From Felis catus (Eukaryota): DNA of 64,000 nucleotides. Made by a program: the position numbers and the translations under genes. The notes under the pieces were generated by a model. It made no database searches and was not told where the DNA came from. It was given only the letters and a program-made list of their open reading frames with translations. The stretch is from the NCBI RefSeq assembly GCF_018350175.1, contig NC_058383.1, forward strand, positions 27,840,001 to 27,904,000. The letters run 5' to 3'. Each line of letters starts with the position of its first letter. The stretch's first letter is position 1. Below, one piece after another: positions 1 through 12,290 of the stretch.

Positions 1-797
1 CTCCTTCACCTTCTCTCTCTCCCTCTCAGACCTCTCTCTCGTTCCTCCTCCTGACCTCTCCTAGAGGGGATGGATGAGCAGGCGGCCTGGAGAAGCCTGG
101 ACAGAGTTCCAGAGGTGCCGGAACAAGAGCTGCCAAACCAGTTTCCCACAGCCTCGAGCTGCTCTCAGCATATCTGCTCTTCCGCCCAAGAAGGGGGCTG
201 GCCACAGGCAATTATCTCAGCTCATTCAGTCATAAATCCTCCTGCTTAATGTAGTTGACGGAATGAGATAATCAATTAATTAATAAGTGGCACTGCTCGA
301 GACTAATACATATGCCAACACAGCAAGAAACTGGAAAAGGCACAGGGGGACCGAGGAAAGTGAAGAGGCTTCCTCAGCAATGGGAGAGTATTTACTTGGA
401 GTGCGGCTCAAGTTCAGCAAACATCTGCTTATTCAGAATACGAGCAACCAGGGAACTCAGAATAAGCAGAAAGGTTTCCTGGAATTTTAAAAGAACGGTT
501 GATGCTCTTAACCACAGATGCTCAGGCCTTAGAAGATCCTGAAGTGCTCTCTGAATCAAAAGATTTTTTTCCCTATGGAGTTTTAGAATAAAATGGGTTC
601 CAACTTTCTGGAAATTTGCTCGAAGAGTATGTTCTCCGGGACAGTTTCCAATTAATGCGGATATTATGTCTACCAAATAACCCACTTCTCAATGACTGCA
701 GGTGTGAGGAGGGAGTGGGGGTCTGGGGGGTGGGCGGCAGGATGGCAACCACTGTACCAGGTTGATGCTGGGAAGGCCACATTATGGTTTAAAGAAT

Positions 798-975
798 ACT
801 GACTGTGGAATCTAGAAAATCAGGTGAGAACCCTGGTTCTTCACTCCCCACACGTCTGAGAACTTGGGCCAGCCTCTCAGAGCCTCAGCTGCCCAATCTG
901 TACAATGGGAAAATCATTCCATTTTCACAAAGCGGTTGTGAGGACAAGATAGGAAAGACTGCACTGAGCGCTTCG
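798..975 (+). mobile_element. MIR SINE relic
   Basis: MIR core-like gagcctcagctgcccaatctgtacaatgggaaaat...ggttgtgagg. Confidence 0.7.
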
Positions 976-1201
976 GGGTGCTGTGGAGCAGTACTCAAAT
1001 GCAAAGGAAAATTACTGTCATTTGTAACCACACACTTTCGGGTCTCCCCTCCCCTCTCCCCTCTTCCCTCCCTCCCAGGGAGCATAATAACATTCATGAT
1101 AACTATTACTCATGGAAATTACATCTCTCCATTAGTTCTTCTTACAGAATAAATTTCATCCAAATGCATTAAAATATTTTAGGCAATATGCCTACTTTAA
1201 A

Positions 1202-1412
1202 TTTTTTTTTTCAACGTTTATTTATTTTTGGGACAGAGAGAGACAGAGCATGAACGGGGGAGGGGCAGAGAGAGAGGGAGACACAGAATCGGAAACAGGC
1301 TCCAGGCTCCGAGCCATCAGCCCAGAGCCTGACGCGGGGCTCAAACTCACGCCGCGAGATTGTGACCTGGCTGAAGTCGGACGCTTAACCGACTGCGCCA
1401 CCCAGGCGCCCC
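1202..1412 (-). mobile_element. Felid CanSINE (SINEC_Fc, young type), full length
   Basis: Reverse complement of ggggcgcctgggtggcgcagtcggttaagcgtccgact head, CT-rich body, A tail; 18-bp TSD caatatgcctactttaaa at 1184-1201 and 1415-1432. Confidence 0.97.
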
Positions 1413-2074
1413 TACAATATGCCTACTTTAAAGGTGTTATTCATTATGATTTTATTTCAAGATGTCGGCCTAAGGAAAAAAAGCTAGACCTTAGTCATTT
1501 GGTGAAGTAGTTTGATAGTCAGGTGGTTTTCCTTATGAAAACCCTAACCCTTAGGTTTAGACTTAGCCCACTCCTTTCAAACTGTCAACAAAGATAGAGA
1601 CCGAGAAAGTCAAACAACCATGAAATACCCAGCAATTAAGCCAAGGCCAAGATCTCTACTGTGCTTATAAAAGTTGTAACAAGTTCAAAAGCAACACCCA
1701 AATGGCAAGTTTACACTCCGTTTAGTTAGCCTCAAGGAATGGGGATGTTTTGAGACTTTTTCCTATTACTCCTTGGTCCTCAGAAAATGGGCATCTGATA
1801 TAGATAGATGACAGGTAGACAGACAGACAACCAGACAGACAGATGAATGATAGATGCAGAGATGGATTCCATTTAGATGGATTCTTTGTCCTGTGCATGA
1901 GGGGACAGAAGACAAAGGAACTTAAGAAAAACATGCAATAGGTCTGACTTAAAAGGAACTTAAAAATCATCTTTCCCCACCTTCTCATTTTAAAAAGTGA
2001 AGCATTGAAAAAGGAACCAACTTACCCCTGGTCACAAAGTCAGTCCTGCAAATGTTACTGACAAAAGTAGATGG

Positions 2075-2250
2075 GCATTAGGCATTTACTGTGTGCCAGA
2101 CTTTGCACTCAGCTCCATGCCTGTGATACCTCATTTAATCTTCCCAGAACAATCAGAATGCTGGTCTTAGGAAGGAAGGTGAGGTTTGGACAGGTGAAGC
2201 AACACCCAAGGTAGTTGGCTGGTAAGATGCAAAGCCAAGACGAGACTCTG
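2075..2250 (-). mobile_element. MIR relic
   Basis: catttactgtgtgccag...ctcatttaatcttc...gaggtttggacaggtgaagcaacacccaagg. Confidence 0.6.
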
Positions 2251-2834
2251 AAAGGGACACTGGGCTACATGGACCCCAACCCTTGGTTTCTAATTTAGTA
2301 CAATGTCTCTATATATTTGATTCTGAAATTTTAATTTAAAATGGTTCTTATATGCCAGTGGCAATTGGAAAATTCTCCCCTTTTTTTAATGAGCATCTGG
2401 AAAAATAATTATCTCCCCAAATCACGCATTCCCTTTCTTCTGGTGAAGTCTACTGCAAGCACTGAACCTAGTTCAGCTGGGGCTGGGCCATCCCATAAAT
2501 AAGTCATGCCCAGGCTGAGTCTGTGTGCCTGTCACTGTATATATAATAGAAGAGACCGTGTCAGGGAGCAGTCAACGCTCACCTCCATGAGCACATGTTT
2601 CCAAATTGCTCTTGACAGGTTATGAGCAGAGCGTTTCAAAGGGATGCATTAAATACCAGCACAAGTGCTTTGAGAGTCTGCCTTTCCGTTTCCTGGGACT
2701 GACACCTTGATTTCTTCCAATGCCCTTTGGTTTTGCCTTTGCTACCATAAGAAACTCCTGGGGCAGCTGGTCTGGTTCCGGGGTTACTCTCCTTGCCTCT
2801 GAACATTGGCAGAATAGAACTATGAGTTGATGAG

Positions 2835-3525
2835 GCTCATGGTGTCTGAGGCTAAGAGATGTGGGTTCAAATCATGACTCTACCATTTACCAGCCATGCG
2901 GCCCTAGGCAACTTCCTTAGTCTTGTAGTTCTTCAAATATGGAATAGGGATAATAATGCTCCCCTCCAGAGGTTGCAGAGAGGATTAAATAAGTATGTTG
3001 ATAATAGCTAACGTTTATGCACTAAAGCACTGAACATGTATGTATTACTCCTATAGTTCTCACAGAGAAATAGGTGGTATTAATATCCTCATGTCACAGA
3101 TGAGGAAACTGAGCCACAGAGAGGTTACAGAGCCAGCCAGGTGTCTCCTGGCAGGCTTTGCACCAAGCAGCCTGGCTCTAGGCTAAGATCCCTATCTAAC
3201 ACACTGTTAGTAGCACAGAAAGTGCTCAACAGATTTTGGTTATCTTCTGTCATTAAACCGCCTCCTAACTGCTCACCTATTCAGAAAGGACAAGCCTCAG
3301 TGTCTTGGGGTAAGAACAGCATAATTGCCATTTATTGACCCTCAGGTATGTGCCTGATGCTTTACTTACATTTCCTTACTTGGTTTTCCCAGTAGTACTG
3401 TATGCTAGGTTCTATTGTCCCCATCAGATATATGGGGAAACCGGGGCTCTAAAAAGCCAAGATGCTCTCAAGGCAAATAGCGGCACCAGGATAGAAGTCT
3501 AGGTCTGCCCACTCTGAAGTCCACG
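2835..3525. mobile_element. MIR cluster: + MIR (about 2835-2995, resuming about 3205-3245) interrupted by a - MIR (about 3000-3200), then another - MIR (about 3320-3525)
   Basis: gggttcaaatcatgactctaccatttacc; cagatgaggaaactgagccacagagaggtt; tattgtccccatcagatatatggggaaaccgggg. Confidence 0.7.
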
Positions 3526-3619
3526 CCACACTGACAAACTGGGCAAGCCTTCCCAATGTACACCACCCAACGCAAACAGACCCTTTCTGCCTCTCCCACT
3601 TCAACAGTGTCTTATAACA

Positions 3620-3783
3620 CAGAACTTCTAAACTGTACTGTGCGTGGGAATCATCCAGGGATCTTGTTAAATGCAGATTCTGATTCAGCAGGTGTGAGAT
3701 GAGAACTGAAATGTCGTATTCCTAACAAGCACCCAGACAGTGCCATTGTTGCTGCTGTGTGGACAACACTTTGAATAACAAGG
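3620..3783. mobile_element. MER5-family hAT-Charlie MITE
   Basis: gaatcatccagggatcttgttaaatgcagattctgattcagcaggt...ctaacaagc...acactttgaataacaagg. Confidence 0.8.
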
Positions 3784-3953
3784 ATGTCAGAGTCCTTCGG
3801 CCCCTCCATATTTTCTCACTCTTTGCCAACTGAGACTCCAGAAGCTTCTAAGGTTATATACAACTGAGACCGGGAATTAGCTCTATCTTCTTATAGCTCT
3901 ATGGAGTCAGATTTCCCAAACCACCCCTGCCTTCACCAATGCCAGCCTCACCA

Positions 3954-3955
<2 letters not shown>

Positions 3956-3993
<38 letters not shown>
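3956..3993. repeat. (CA)n microsatellite
   Basis: About 19 CA units read directly. Confidence 0.98.
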
Positions 3994-3997
<4 letters not shown>

Positions 3998-5224
3998 CCC
4001 TCTCAAATTTTATGTCTTTTTGTCATATGGTTATTGTGCACATTTCATATAAAATCTTTCCCAATATCAAATGAAAACTCAAACTGTTACTAGGCATATT
4101 TAACTCCAAAAGGAAAATTCTGCCATATGCAAAATGCAGCAGCCACAGCAAACTGCAAGTGAATACTGATTTAAGTAATGATAATGAGCCTGATGACTTT
4201 TGGTTGTATGAGGTTAAGTCTTTTGCAAAAAAGAAAAAAAAAAAAGTACCCTTCCCGCTCTCAAATTTAAACCTAGGAGAAGTATTTCAGGGGTTCTTCA
4301 TAAAGCAGCCCTCTATTGCTAGGCCCATGGTTTGATCAGAGCCGTGGTCCTTTCTATCCAGCCTCAACTCTTTATGCATTCCTCAAGACCTTCTTTGCCC
4401 AGCTGTGCTAGTCTTTCAGCTCCTTGGCTGCCATGATCATTCTTAACTCAGGGCCTGAGTGAACTCCTCTCTCTTCATGGATTCTCTTCTCCCATATGTA
4501 ATTCCCTGGCAATCTCTCTGTTCCCAAGCTCAGAGTTTCCTTCCACGGAGAAGGGTTTGTGGTCAGGACATACTCATTGACCTTGCTCCCTGTTACAAGA
4601 GGTTGACTTCATATCTTAGTCCATCCAGGTAGGTCAACCCTTTTTGGTGATCCAGAAAGCAGAGAAGGCAATCAAGATTAAAGAAGGTCACATGGCTAGT
4701 AACCCCGCCAGCCTACAAAAGCCACTAGAATGACCTCCATCATCACTGGGTCAAGAATTTCCTCCACGAATCAATGCCAAGAGGTACAACAAGTGGAGCA
4801 GTGTGAATTCACAAACATTCCATTTATAGATGCTGGTTGCAACAACACTCATAAAAGAAATAACAGGCAGTCACTACCACCAAGAAGTTCTTGCATATAA
4901 GACTCCATGCATTCTCTCTTGGTCACTGATTCAAACTTTCTAATGATCTCCATTACTGTCCTCTAAAAGGACTTCTCCCAGGCTTCTCCAGGCCTTTTCT
5001 TTTCTTGTGACTGTGAAAATGTCAACACTGCAACATCCCTTCTTCTTCATCATGCTTGGGTCTCCAACCATCTCTCTGGCAAAGAGTCCACCTTATGATC
5101 AGGTATGACTGACTAATGCTACTGTTTCAACCTTGTTTATAATAACAAAGCAAAATACACAAAATATTCCCTAGCACATAGGATCTCTCCCAGTTATCAC
5201 CTACTCCCTGATAATAATTATTAT

Positions 5225-5465
5225 AAACAAACACTTGGTATGTGCCAGGCATGATACTAAGCCCTTTCTATATACTAATTAATTACACTTCAAAATAACT
5301 CTAACGGTCAGTACTATTATTATCTCCCATATTGTACAGATTTCGTAACAGAGACACAAAGAGGTGAAGTGATTTTCCAAATGTCATATAGGCAGTAAGT
5401 GACAGAGTTTGAATTTGAACTCAGGCCACCCAGGTCCCACTCTCTTAAACCACTATACATTACTA
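5225..5465 (-). mobile_element. MIR relic
   Basis: tatgtgccaggcatgatactaagc...tactattattatctcccat...gaatttgaactcagg...ctcttaaaccactatac. Confidence 0.8.
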
Positions 5466-6492
5466 CTCTTGTTTACAGAATACCTGTCTACGTTGCTGCC
5501 TAAGCAAATAGGAAAGAAGAGACCTAGATACAGAACACAGAAGGAAATGACGGTTTATAAAGCCCCCCAGGTGACCCCACTAGGCCTATGTATCAGAGGT
5601 GAAGTGAGTACCAGCAGACGGGATCCTTGAAGGGACGCTCACCAGAATGACAAAATCCCAAAATGACAGGGAAGGCAAAATAATGAAATGAAAAGGGAAT
5701 AACAGAAATGAGGGAATCCCTCCTCCTCAACACCAAACCTATTATTTTCTCTCTAGACCCTTTTCCCACTTTTTCCTTCCATCAGTCATAGTGTCCACTG
5801 GACGAAAGAATTGCAGATACCAAAGCTGCTCATGTGACAATGAAGGAACTCAGGGTCAGAGTGGGTGACTCGCATGGCCAGATGGCTGTGTTATTTGCTG
5901 TCCCTGCTTCTTCTATCCTACAGGGCCACACATCCGAAACCCTGAAGGGGAGTGGGGGCAGGGTAACACCCAAAATTCAGCCACAGAGCCTCAACCCACA
6001 TGGATCCCTTTAATGGGTCTTGTTTGGCCAACCTCATAAAAGCTGCAAAAATCGGCTCCTCTTCTCTTGCACTAGAAGCGTCAAGAGCTTCTCTGGCCAT
6101 TTATTTGATGGAGAGGCTGCTAAACATTACAGCAAGCAGCCCCATCAATCTGGGTAATAGCTGAGTGTCAGTGTCTGCTGAAACCCTAAGACCTCACTAA
6201 CCTGCAAGGAAAAGTTGTCCTGACCTCCAGGACACGCTCTGCATGATTATCAGGAATAGGAAGGTCATCTGCTACAACGGACCCTGGCCTGGAGGTAAGG
6301 GGTGTTCTATGTTAGCCTGATTCTGCTGCTGACCTGTGTGGCCTTGAGGAAATCCCTTAATCTCTCTGGAGAAACTTTTATTGGAAGAGAGAAGAGGCTA
6401 ATACAAATAACCCCAAACGGGTGCACACAGACTTTAGAAGCAAGTGCCCCCTTTCAGAAGTAGGTGATTCTAGTCAACTCCTCCACTGCTCT

Positions 6493-6860
6493 GTCAGCTA
6501 ACTGTGGCTACAACGCTCTTACTGCCAAGTGACAACCACAAAATCCCAGGGGTGTGCAACGGTAAGCATTTATGTAGCTCATGCATCTGCAGTTCGGCCA
6601 ATGTAGGTTCAGCTAGGCTGGCTGATTTAATCTGGGCTCGACTGGAAGAGCTGGCTCTGTCCTGTGCGTGTGTGTGTCTCATCCTCTTCTGGCCCCAGCA
6701 GACTAGCCTAGGTATATGCTTCTCATGATCACGGCAGAGATACAAAAGAGCAGACAGGAACATGGGAGGCCCCTTAAAGCTTAGGCTTGGAAGTGGCATG
6801 TTGTTACTCTCGCCTTATTCTATTGGCCGAAGCAGCTATGAAGTCACGTGGGACAGGGCA
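6493..6860 (-). mobile_element. Old MaLR (MLT1) solo LTR
   Basis: gactagcctaggtatatgcttctcatg...ggcttggaagtggca...attctattggccgaagca, typical of MLT1H-L elements. Confidence 0.65.
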
Positions 6861-7285
6861 CACACAGAGGGAGGAGCCAACAGACTGCTCCCCTTTCCAA
6901 CCCAACCTCCATTCCCGCATTATATTGTGCCCCACCGGGAATGATCCCCCATCCGCCTATTCTACCAGTCCCAGACCAACAGCCTGCCTCCTCTACCATA
7001 TGGACCCCCACGGTCGACCAGAGCTGTTCCAATTCTCTGGACCCTATGGCAGGTGTCTCCTCCAGTGCCCAGGACGCTAGTCCCACAGCTGGAGTTCAAA
7101 CAACAGGAGCTGGATGATGGATTAGGCTCCCTGTGAAGGGGATGTGGTGTTGGTGCTTAGCTTTCTCAAGAAGGGATGGGCATACTGATTGTCTCTGACA
7201 CAACTGCCTTACCTAAAACCCCTGAGGAGCTGAATGGTGTGATTCTCTCTCCAGGGTCACAGAGGCAGAACCAACCTGCGGTTCC

Positions 7286-7300
7286 CCAGTAGAGGGCGCT
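7286..7300 (+). promoter_or_regulatory. CTCF core motif
   Basis: ccagtagagggcgct matches CCASYAGRKGGCRSY at all 15 positions; motif only, binding unproven. Confidence 0.5.
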
Positions 7301-8648
7301 GGATTTTGTTGCTGCCTTGGCCCCGAGGCCGCACTGCCTGTGCACCAATGCCCACAGCGCCCCCTTCCCCTGGTATAAGAACCTTCATTCTCCTGAGAAC
7401 CCAGACTCAGTGAGGCTGAACAGCAGATATCATAAGGTCCCCCTAGAGGACCCTGAACCTCTCGTGTCAGCCACAACACCCAAAACTTCCTTGCTGAGGA
7501 ATGCTTCCCTCTATAAAATCACTCAGTACACAGACGGTTGTGGGTTAGAGACCCACACACCCAGACCTCAGTTTAGATTTACCCAATCTACCCCCAACTA
7601 CAAAGATAATTTTGTAAAGTGAGAAAATTAGGTAGAAGAGAAAAACAAAGGTAGGAAAAAACTGGATGAAGCCATAAGCATGACTAACACTCAAAATTAA
7701 TTACATTGCACCCCTGATAATACCCAGCTTTCCAGGAGCTAGGAGGGTAATAAAATTTGTGGATGGCCCCAGTTCAGCTTCTGCCACAGAGATCAAGGCC
7801 TGAGTCTCCTTTCTCCCATCTGTGGGTCTTCCTTATCAGGCTTCTGGATTTTTAAGGTCTCATTCACCTCTGGCTACAGGACCAGGCCTGGTGGGTCTCA
7901 AAATAAATACAGTCTGACCCCCACACAGATTCCCTCTCATCCCCCAGGGCCACTTTCTCAAAATCCTGTTCTGCCACTTTCTTTAAAGTCAGAGGCAGCC
8001 CCGCCTGTGGCACACCAGGCCGTAGACTCTCACCTCCTCTCCCTGCTAAGTGCCCAGGGACCATTGTGCACACAGCTCTCAGCAGCGGCTGCAGCAGACA
8101 CCATAAACCTGCGAGCAGAATTCATTAGTGCCAGAACAGGGCCTGTGCTCATCCTCCTTAGCGCTCCTGCTTCCTCAAGGTATCTGTGGACTCCGGCAGA
8201 GAAAAGAAAGAGAGAGTCCAACATCCCCTGACGTCTCGCAGTGGTTCTAGCGGCCACTTGGAGCACATCAAAGTGGGCTCCTGGCTCTGCAGGCACGAAC
8301 CAGCGCCTGGTAGGTACACTTCCGGCCTGGCCATGCCGCCTCTGCTCGGAGTACAATTTAGCACATTTTTTCCACACCGTTCTGGAAAGTGGGGACCTAC
8401 AGAGATTTGCTAATTGGCAACCTGAGGGCTGGCGTGCCCTGATCCCCACAGAGCACCCTGTTACTACAATCATTTAGAGACCCATTTTCATATCCCAAGA
8501 CCAGGGGCCAGAGACTCTGTAATAACCTGAAGGCAAGTGATGCTAAACTGTCTCACGCCTCTGGTCTAAACTGAATGGAGTTTTCCATGTCAGCTGTGGC
8601 AGGCCAGGATGATTCTAAGGACGCCTGTGATCTAAGCAGTTCCTTTCA

Positions 8649-8863
8649 GGGGTCCCTGGGTGGCTGAGTCGGTTAAACCTCCGACTTTGTCTCAGGTTAT
8701 GATCTCACGGTTTGAGTTCAAGCCCCACATTGGTCTCTCTGCTGCCAGCAAGGAGCCTGTTTGGGATCCTCTGTCTCCCTCTTTTTGCCCCTTCCCCACT
8801 TCCTCTCTCTCTCCCTTTCTCAAAGATAAATAAACATTTAAAAAAAATTTTAATGAAAAAAAA
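8649..8863 (+). mobile_element. CanSINE
   Basis: ggggtccctgggtggctgagtcggttaa head, gagttcaagccc B-box, CT tract, A-rich tail. Confidence 0.93.
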
Positions 8864-9176
8864 GGAAGTTCCTTCCCATGGGTCAGGGTTCACAGGAAGA
8901 AGGGATCCATCAGGGTTACCCGAAAGGGGGATGAGGTGGCATGGGAGGTCATGGCCACTAGGGGGGTTCAAACTGACCCTCTCAGTCAAACTAGAAACCT
9001 AGGCATTACATTACCTTCTTCCTCTCTCCCTGACCCACTCATCAATCAGCAATGCTACCTGCTAAATAGCTTTTCAATCTGTTCCATCTTCCCCATTTCC
9101 ATTACCACGGCCTCAGTTCATCCCCTACCTATTCTCTCAAGCCATCCCCCCAATTTGAGTCTCCAGCCCTGTAAAC

Positions 9177-9392
9177 CAGGGAGCAGCAAACTACAGCTCA
9201 TGGACCAGGTCTGGCCAGCCATCTGTTTTTATAAAGTTTACTGGCACACAGTCACGCCCATTTGCTTACATTTTGTCTGTCTATGTTTTTATGTTCCAAG
9301 ATCAGAGCTGGGTAGTTGCAAGAGGCTATGTGGCCCACAGAGTCAGAAATACGTACTATCTGGCCCCTTAAGAAAAAGCCTGCTGGGCTCTG
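9177..9392. mobile_element. MER58A-like hAT-Charlie MITE
   Basis: gcaaactacagctcatggaccag...tttataaagtttactggcacacag...tactatctggccc. Confidence 0.8.
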
Positions 9393-9532
9393 CTCAAAAC
9401 AACCACCACCGGTATGAGTTCAAGTCACTTGTCTTACTCAAGATTTACCAACTGTTCCCCGGGTCAAATAGGAAAATTTTAAATTCCTTAGCATACATGC
9501 AACATTATTTATGAATTAGTCCTTACATAGTT

Positions 9533-9869
9533 CAGGGATTGTAAACTGATAGTCCGCAGGCTTCATCCAGCTCCTGTGGGCATACTGTGGCTCACATAGT
9601 TAAAATATTAAATTATTTGCTAACTTTTACAAATCCTAAGACTATACATCGAAATTGAGATTTCTGGTTTATCTTGAAAAACATGGACCTCTGGGTCTGG
9701 AGAGCACAGGCACCATCTAAAGGGGGCAGATGCGTGTTGATTCTGGCTGATGGATGCTACCTGGGAACAGGTGCCTGTGCCGTCCAGTTCACCACAGACC
9801 CCACTGCTCCCTAGCATCCTACACCAGGCCTGCTTTACTCATGCAGGCATATGAGTCTGACAGCCCCTG
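9533..9869. mobile_element. hAT-Charlie non-autonomous element (MER102-like)
   Basis: caggg...cccctg termini; ccagttcaccacagaccccactgctcccta...aggcatatgagtctgacagcccctg. Confidence 0.6.
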
Positions 9870-10006
9870 CCCCTCCTCCTTTCTTTACCAGCCAGCCCTG
9901 GTAGTTCTCTCCCTGCAACTACTTACTATCATTACATCAGAAGAGTCAGAGCTCCCAAGAAGCCATGCTCACTCCCACCCCCACGCTTGGGCACTCACTA
10001 TACCCC

Positions 10007-10386
10007 TGTATTAAGTCTGCTAGAGCTGCTGGATCAACCACAGACTGGGTGGCTTAAACAACAGAAATGTATTTTCTCACAGTTCTGGGAGCTGGAAGTC
10101 CAAGATTAAGGTGACAGTACATTGGTTCCTTCTGAGGGCTCTCTCCTTGGCTTATAGATGGCCTTTTTCTCTCTGCATCTTCCTATGGTCCACCCTGTGT
10201 GTATGTCCATGTCCTAATCTCCTCATCTTACAAGGACACCAGTCAACTGGGACTAGGGCCCTCCCTAATGATCTCATTTAACCTTAATTACCTTTTAAGG
10301 ACCCCCATCTCCAAATAGAGTCACAGTCTGAGGTGTTAGGACTTCGACATGTGAATTGGGGTAGGGGACACAATTCAATCCAGACA
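10007..10386 (-). mobile_element. MLT1B/C-like MaLR solo LTR
   Basis: tgtatt...cacagactgggtggcttaaacaacagaaat...ggacacaattcaatccagaca; TG...CA ends. Confidence 0.9.
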
Positions 10387-11849
10387 CCTCTCTTCCAGGA
10401 CTGCCCTCACTTACCTGAATCATCTCATAAATACTCGCTCTTTAAGAGGCTGACCAGACACTCCTTTCTTTCCTCCTCAGAAATCCCCTGCTGAGTTTGC
10501 CTTCCCATCTTCTATTTCTTTGCACCTTGGGCACACCTAACTAGAGAACTATCACTCTGCACTATAAGGATTTATAGTCCCCCACCCTTTTTCCCCCACT
10601 GAACTGTGTGAGCTTGTGGGAGTAGTAACTATTTTTTTCACTACTCTTCATTCAGCACATATCCACAGGGTACCCACCATGTGCCAGGCACTGCCACTGA
10701 AGATCCGACAGTGAACAAGATAGTTTCCTGCCTGCACAGAGTCTATATTCAAGCAAGGGAAAAGCATAATAAATAAGAAAGTAAACAAAAGTCGTAAATT
10801 ACACAGCACCAAGTTTAACCCTTTGAGGAACGTTCAAAAACCACTGAATGAAGGCAAGGAGGGAAACACACACAAGATGAGTCTAGATACCTGAGGACAT
10901 TTCCAGACTTGGATTTCTCTGATGTTCTGACTCTGGGTTGCAGAGGCAGTTATTATGCTGACTGTCAGTCAGCCTCCCCTTGTCTTGAAAGCTGCTGTCA
11001 CTAGCTTGGGTCACTGCATCCCTATAGCCTTCCTTAAATCACAGGCCCAACACCATCCCTAGGAAGAGATGTAAAGACCAAGACAAAGCCTACCAATGAC
11101 TCCCACTGTCCTTGCCTCAAAAATCCCCAGAGTTAAGGTCTAGGTGCCAGTGGCCAGACCCAGAGAATGGCTGTATTTCCTCATGTGCAACTTTTGGGTA
11201 AATGGCAGGGGAGATAAGGGCAGGACAAAGGACTAGGCCTAAGAGGACATCTTCTATGTAAATGATGTCCATTTCAAGAGCATCAGAGGCTATAACCACC
11301 TGTAAGGAAGTAATGGGTGATTTCTGGAAGATCTCCAGTGACACATGAGAAATGGCACCTGTCACAAGGTAACCCCCCCCCCCCCTGCTGAAACCACAAA
11401 GCCAGTGGGAACTCAGCATGGTCACTAATGTCCACTCCCTTCCTATTTCCCAGGATTTTTAAAAAGTAAATACTATGTGGGTTAAAAAATGCCTATTATA
11501 GAAAAGTTTAAGTGGATTAGAATACAGGCACGAAATTCACCCATGGAACTCTGTGTGCCCTCACATATTCATTCATACATATAAAATTCAGAATCAGTTT
11601 TGTCACATGAAAATTTATGTTAAACTTATGGATTAATGTTAAATTTATACATTAGCAGGAACTAGCTTAGAAATCCTGGACACCCCATTATGGATCACAT
11701 CTAGTGGTCTTTTTCAACATTTAGTACACTTTATATATTCCAGTATGTCCTGCATCTCAATTATCGCTAATTGGTTTATATCATTGGTGACCACTCTCAA
11801 TGAAATATTTTTAAATGATTATGTTTTCTACGCAACTATTATTGGTAAA

Positions 11850-12290
11850 GAAAAGGTAAGGTCCCCAAACTACTGAATTCTTATTATTTGTAATAGTTTT
11901 TAGTTCATTCTATGAGATTTCCTATGTAGGTATTCCCATCATTTTAAGTAATGATTATTTTGCCATCTTCTTTCCAATATTTATCCTTCATTCATTTTCT
12001 TCTATAATTGCATTGGCGAGCAATCCCAGGGCACATGTACATAACGATGGAAAGAGTAGTTTGCTCCTATATTCAGTGGCAATGCCGTTAGTGGCTCTCT
12101 GCATTGACAGGCATAATACTGGTTAGCTGTTGGTTTGGTATGGATTTTTTCTCTCGGTTAATAAAAAAAAATGCATTTTCAGATTCCAATCATCCTATTA
12201 TCAGTAAGAGAAGTCAGATTTTATCAAATAAAAAAAAATTTGAAGGATCTACCATAATGATCTTAAAATTTACAGAATTCTTTTGTCCTA
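11850..12290 (-). mobile_element. Old L1M ORF2 fragment
   Basis: tttgccatcttctttccaatatttatccttcattcattttct...taattgcattggc resembles the antisense L1 RT region also seen at about 38750. Confidence 0.6.

Noticed and set aside
1250..1510. Recurrent ORFs such as MNGGGAEREGDTESETGSRL (also near 14188, 34997, 39303)
   Set aside because: Antisense translations of CanSINEs, not a gene family
8030..8473. 147-aa minus-strand ORF
   Set aside because: No recognisable homology; only the internal 75-nt segment has any exon-like signal
8936..9514. 192-aa ORF
   Set aside because: Runs across an L2-like relic and a MER58 MITE; no recognisable domain
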